From: Geosiphon pyriformis uo1
Taxonomy: Eukaryota; Fungi; Glomeromycota
DNA: 64,000 nucleotides
Direction of reading: 5' to 3'
Assembly: GCA_016748015.1 (NCBI GenBank)
Contig: JAAOMT010000386.1
Location: 1-64,000 of the forward strand
Positions 62,478 to 64,000 of the stretch are shown here, piece after piece (the stretch's first letter is position 1; each line of letters opens with the position of its first letter). The notes under the pieces are model-generated. The model made no database searches, was not told the DNA's origin, and worked only from the letters and a program-made list of their open reading frames with translations. Both the position numbers and the translations under genes were made by a program.

Positions 62478-64000
62478 TAGTACCAGATAAAGATGATCCT
62501 CGATAATAATTTTGTGATGGATGTACAATATTAAGAAATATTTGCCAATTTAAAGCATTTTTTATTAACTTTTTTAATTGCTGGGGAAATTTATTAAAAG
62601 ATTATTCATTTATTTATTTATTTTGTTTGAATCCTTTAGAATCATGACAACGAGTAAACAAACATTCAAGTAAAAAGGTTTATTTGTTTATTTTCTATTA
62701 GAAGGCTGCTAACTAAAATACATAATGGTTTTTGCTGATTTTAAGCCACATTAATTGGACTTTATATCTGCATCAAAAATGGAACCTTGAATTTTATTGA
62801 AAAGTAATTTTTTTGAGACACCTAAAGATCAATTAATTAATTCATTCCAGTTGAAAGAGAACCTTATCAGGCCAAGAGTTTTTATGACTTCACATTCTTT
62901 TTAAAAAATAAATGATTCACTCCCATTAGCATTCATTCAAATACAGGTTTTTTATATGACGCTTTCAGGATTCAAGTTAAACGTGAATAAAAATGAATAA
63001 ATTTTCAACATTTAATTTCTAATAAATTGTATATCATATAATACTTTTTATAACGTAGGCAAATCTTTAGGAAGAATATAATAGAAATTACTATAATTGC
63101 AACAATATTAAGAGCTATATTTTTATAGTAAAAAAATCCAAAGGTATATATCTTTGCTGATATTTATTATTTATAGTTTTAAATAAATTGAATATTTAAT
63201 AACTTTTTTCATTTAATGTAATAGTTTTACATTTGTTTTTTTACATTGATTCTGAATTGATATCATAGTTAATATCACATTAACCACTTTTCATGAGTTA
63301 AATTTGATTCAAGAAATTTATAATCTAAAATGCAAAAATGAGATTAAAGCAAAAAATATAATGCTACTAAAAGTTTGATAAGTATTTTCAATTTAATTTC
63401 TTTTAAATAATCCGAATTCCGATTAGGGTTAATAAAAAAAACAAAGTTTTACAATTTTTTAAATATTTAAGAAGAAAATGATCGAATTTTTAATAAAAAT
63501 CTGTATTATTAAAGAGTTACTACTTTAAACCTGCAATTATATTTTGTTTGAAAACTTTTACTCTTTCCGAATCTCTCAAAGCTTCTATATTCAAATTATT
63601 TTTTATATTATCGCACAGTAAATATTAAAAACACCATCCAAAAGTTTATATTTTTAATTAGCGAGGAAATACAAATATTTAAAAGTTATATTTTTAATGT
63701 TATTCTGCTAAAGAGCGTTTTATTGTATTAGCCTGTGATAAAAACATCAACTTCAAAAATCACTTTTCGTTAAACAACTTATAATTTTTTGATGTTTAAA
63801 ATAGGAAATGTTATTCTTTTAACTTTATTGTGGGGCTTAAAAAGTAGGCAATAGAATATATTCCCCAGTGAAAAATTTTTAAATAGGTAACAGAGTCTTC
63901 AGATTATGTATGATCAAATTAAATAAAAGCAAATTTATCTTTTTACAATTTGAAAAACTTCATACTCCTCCAAAGAAAATTCACTCTTTGATTTTCTGAT

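Overview
Very AT-rich eukaryotic DNA made almost entirely of nested, decayed transposable elements, with no intact host gene. Kinase and element motifs suggest a Glomeromycotina (arbuscular-mycorrhizal-type) fungus; the predicted proteins resemble what I recall from Geosiphon pyriformis, which is unverified. (i) Four Ty3/gypsy LTR retrotransposons in two lineages: A 88-7647 (+, 3'-truncated), B 23586-33497 (-, full length, TSD GCAT), C ~35917-40575 (-, fragment) and D 41903-52000 (-, full length, TSD TTGT). Their shared architecture is unusual: a single gag-pol frame that begins inside the 5' LTR and reads through the PBS (traced in A and D), then PR, a ~200-300-aa Cys-rich unknown domain, dUTPase, a second dUTPase-like segment, RT, RNase H and IN. 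The two full-length copies also carry a conserved non-env ORF3 that ends at the PPT. (ii) Several LINEs with an APE endonuclease and RT. One (E, 41228-58229) is full length with RNase H, an 11-bp TSD and a poly(A) tail, and is interrupted by D. (iii) An ORF1-only 'half-LINE' (14441-16740) sharing the LINE 3' UTR. (iv) A DD34E Tc1/mariner element (9431-10784). (v) A probable MITE relic and a protein kinase pseudogene (~60.5-61.5 kb). Frames are broken mostly by C>T/G>A stops with very few indels, suggesting methylation-driven or RIP-like hypermutation. All alignments and counts were done by eye.
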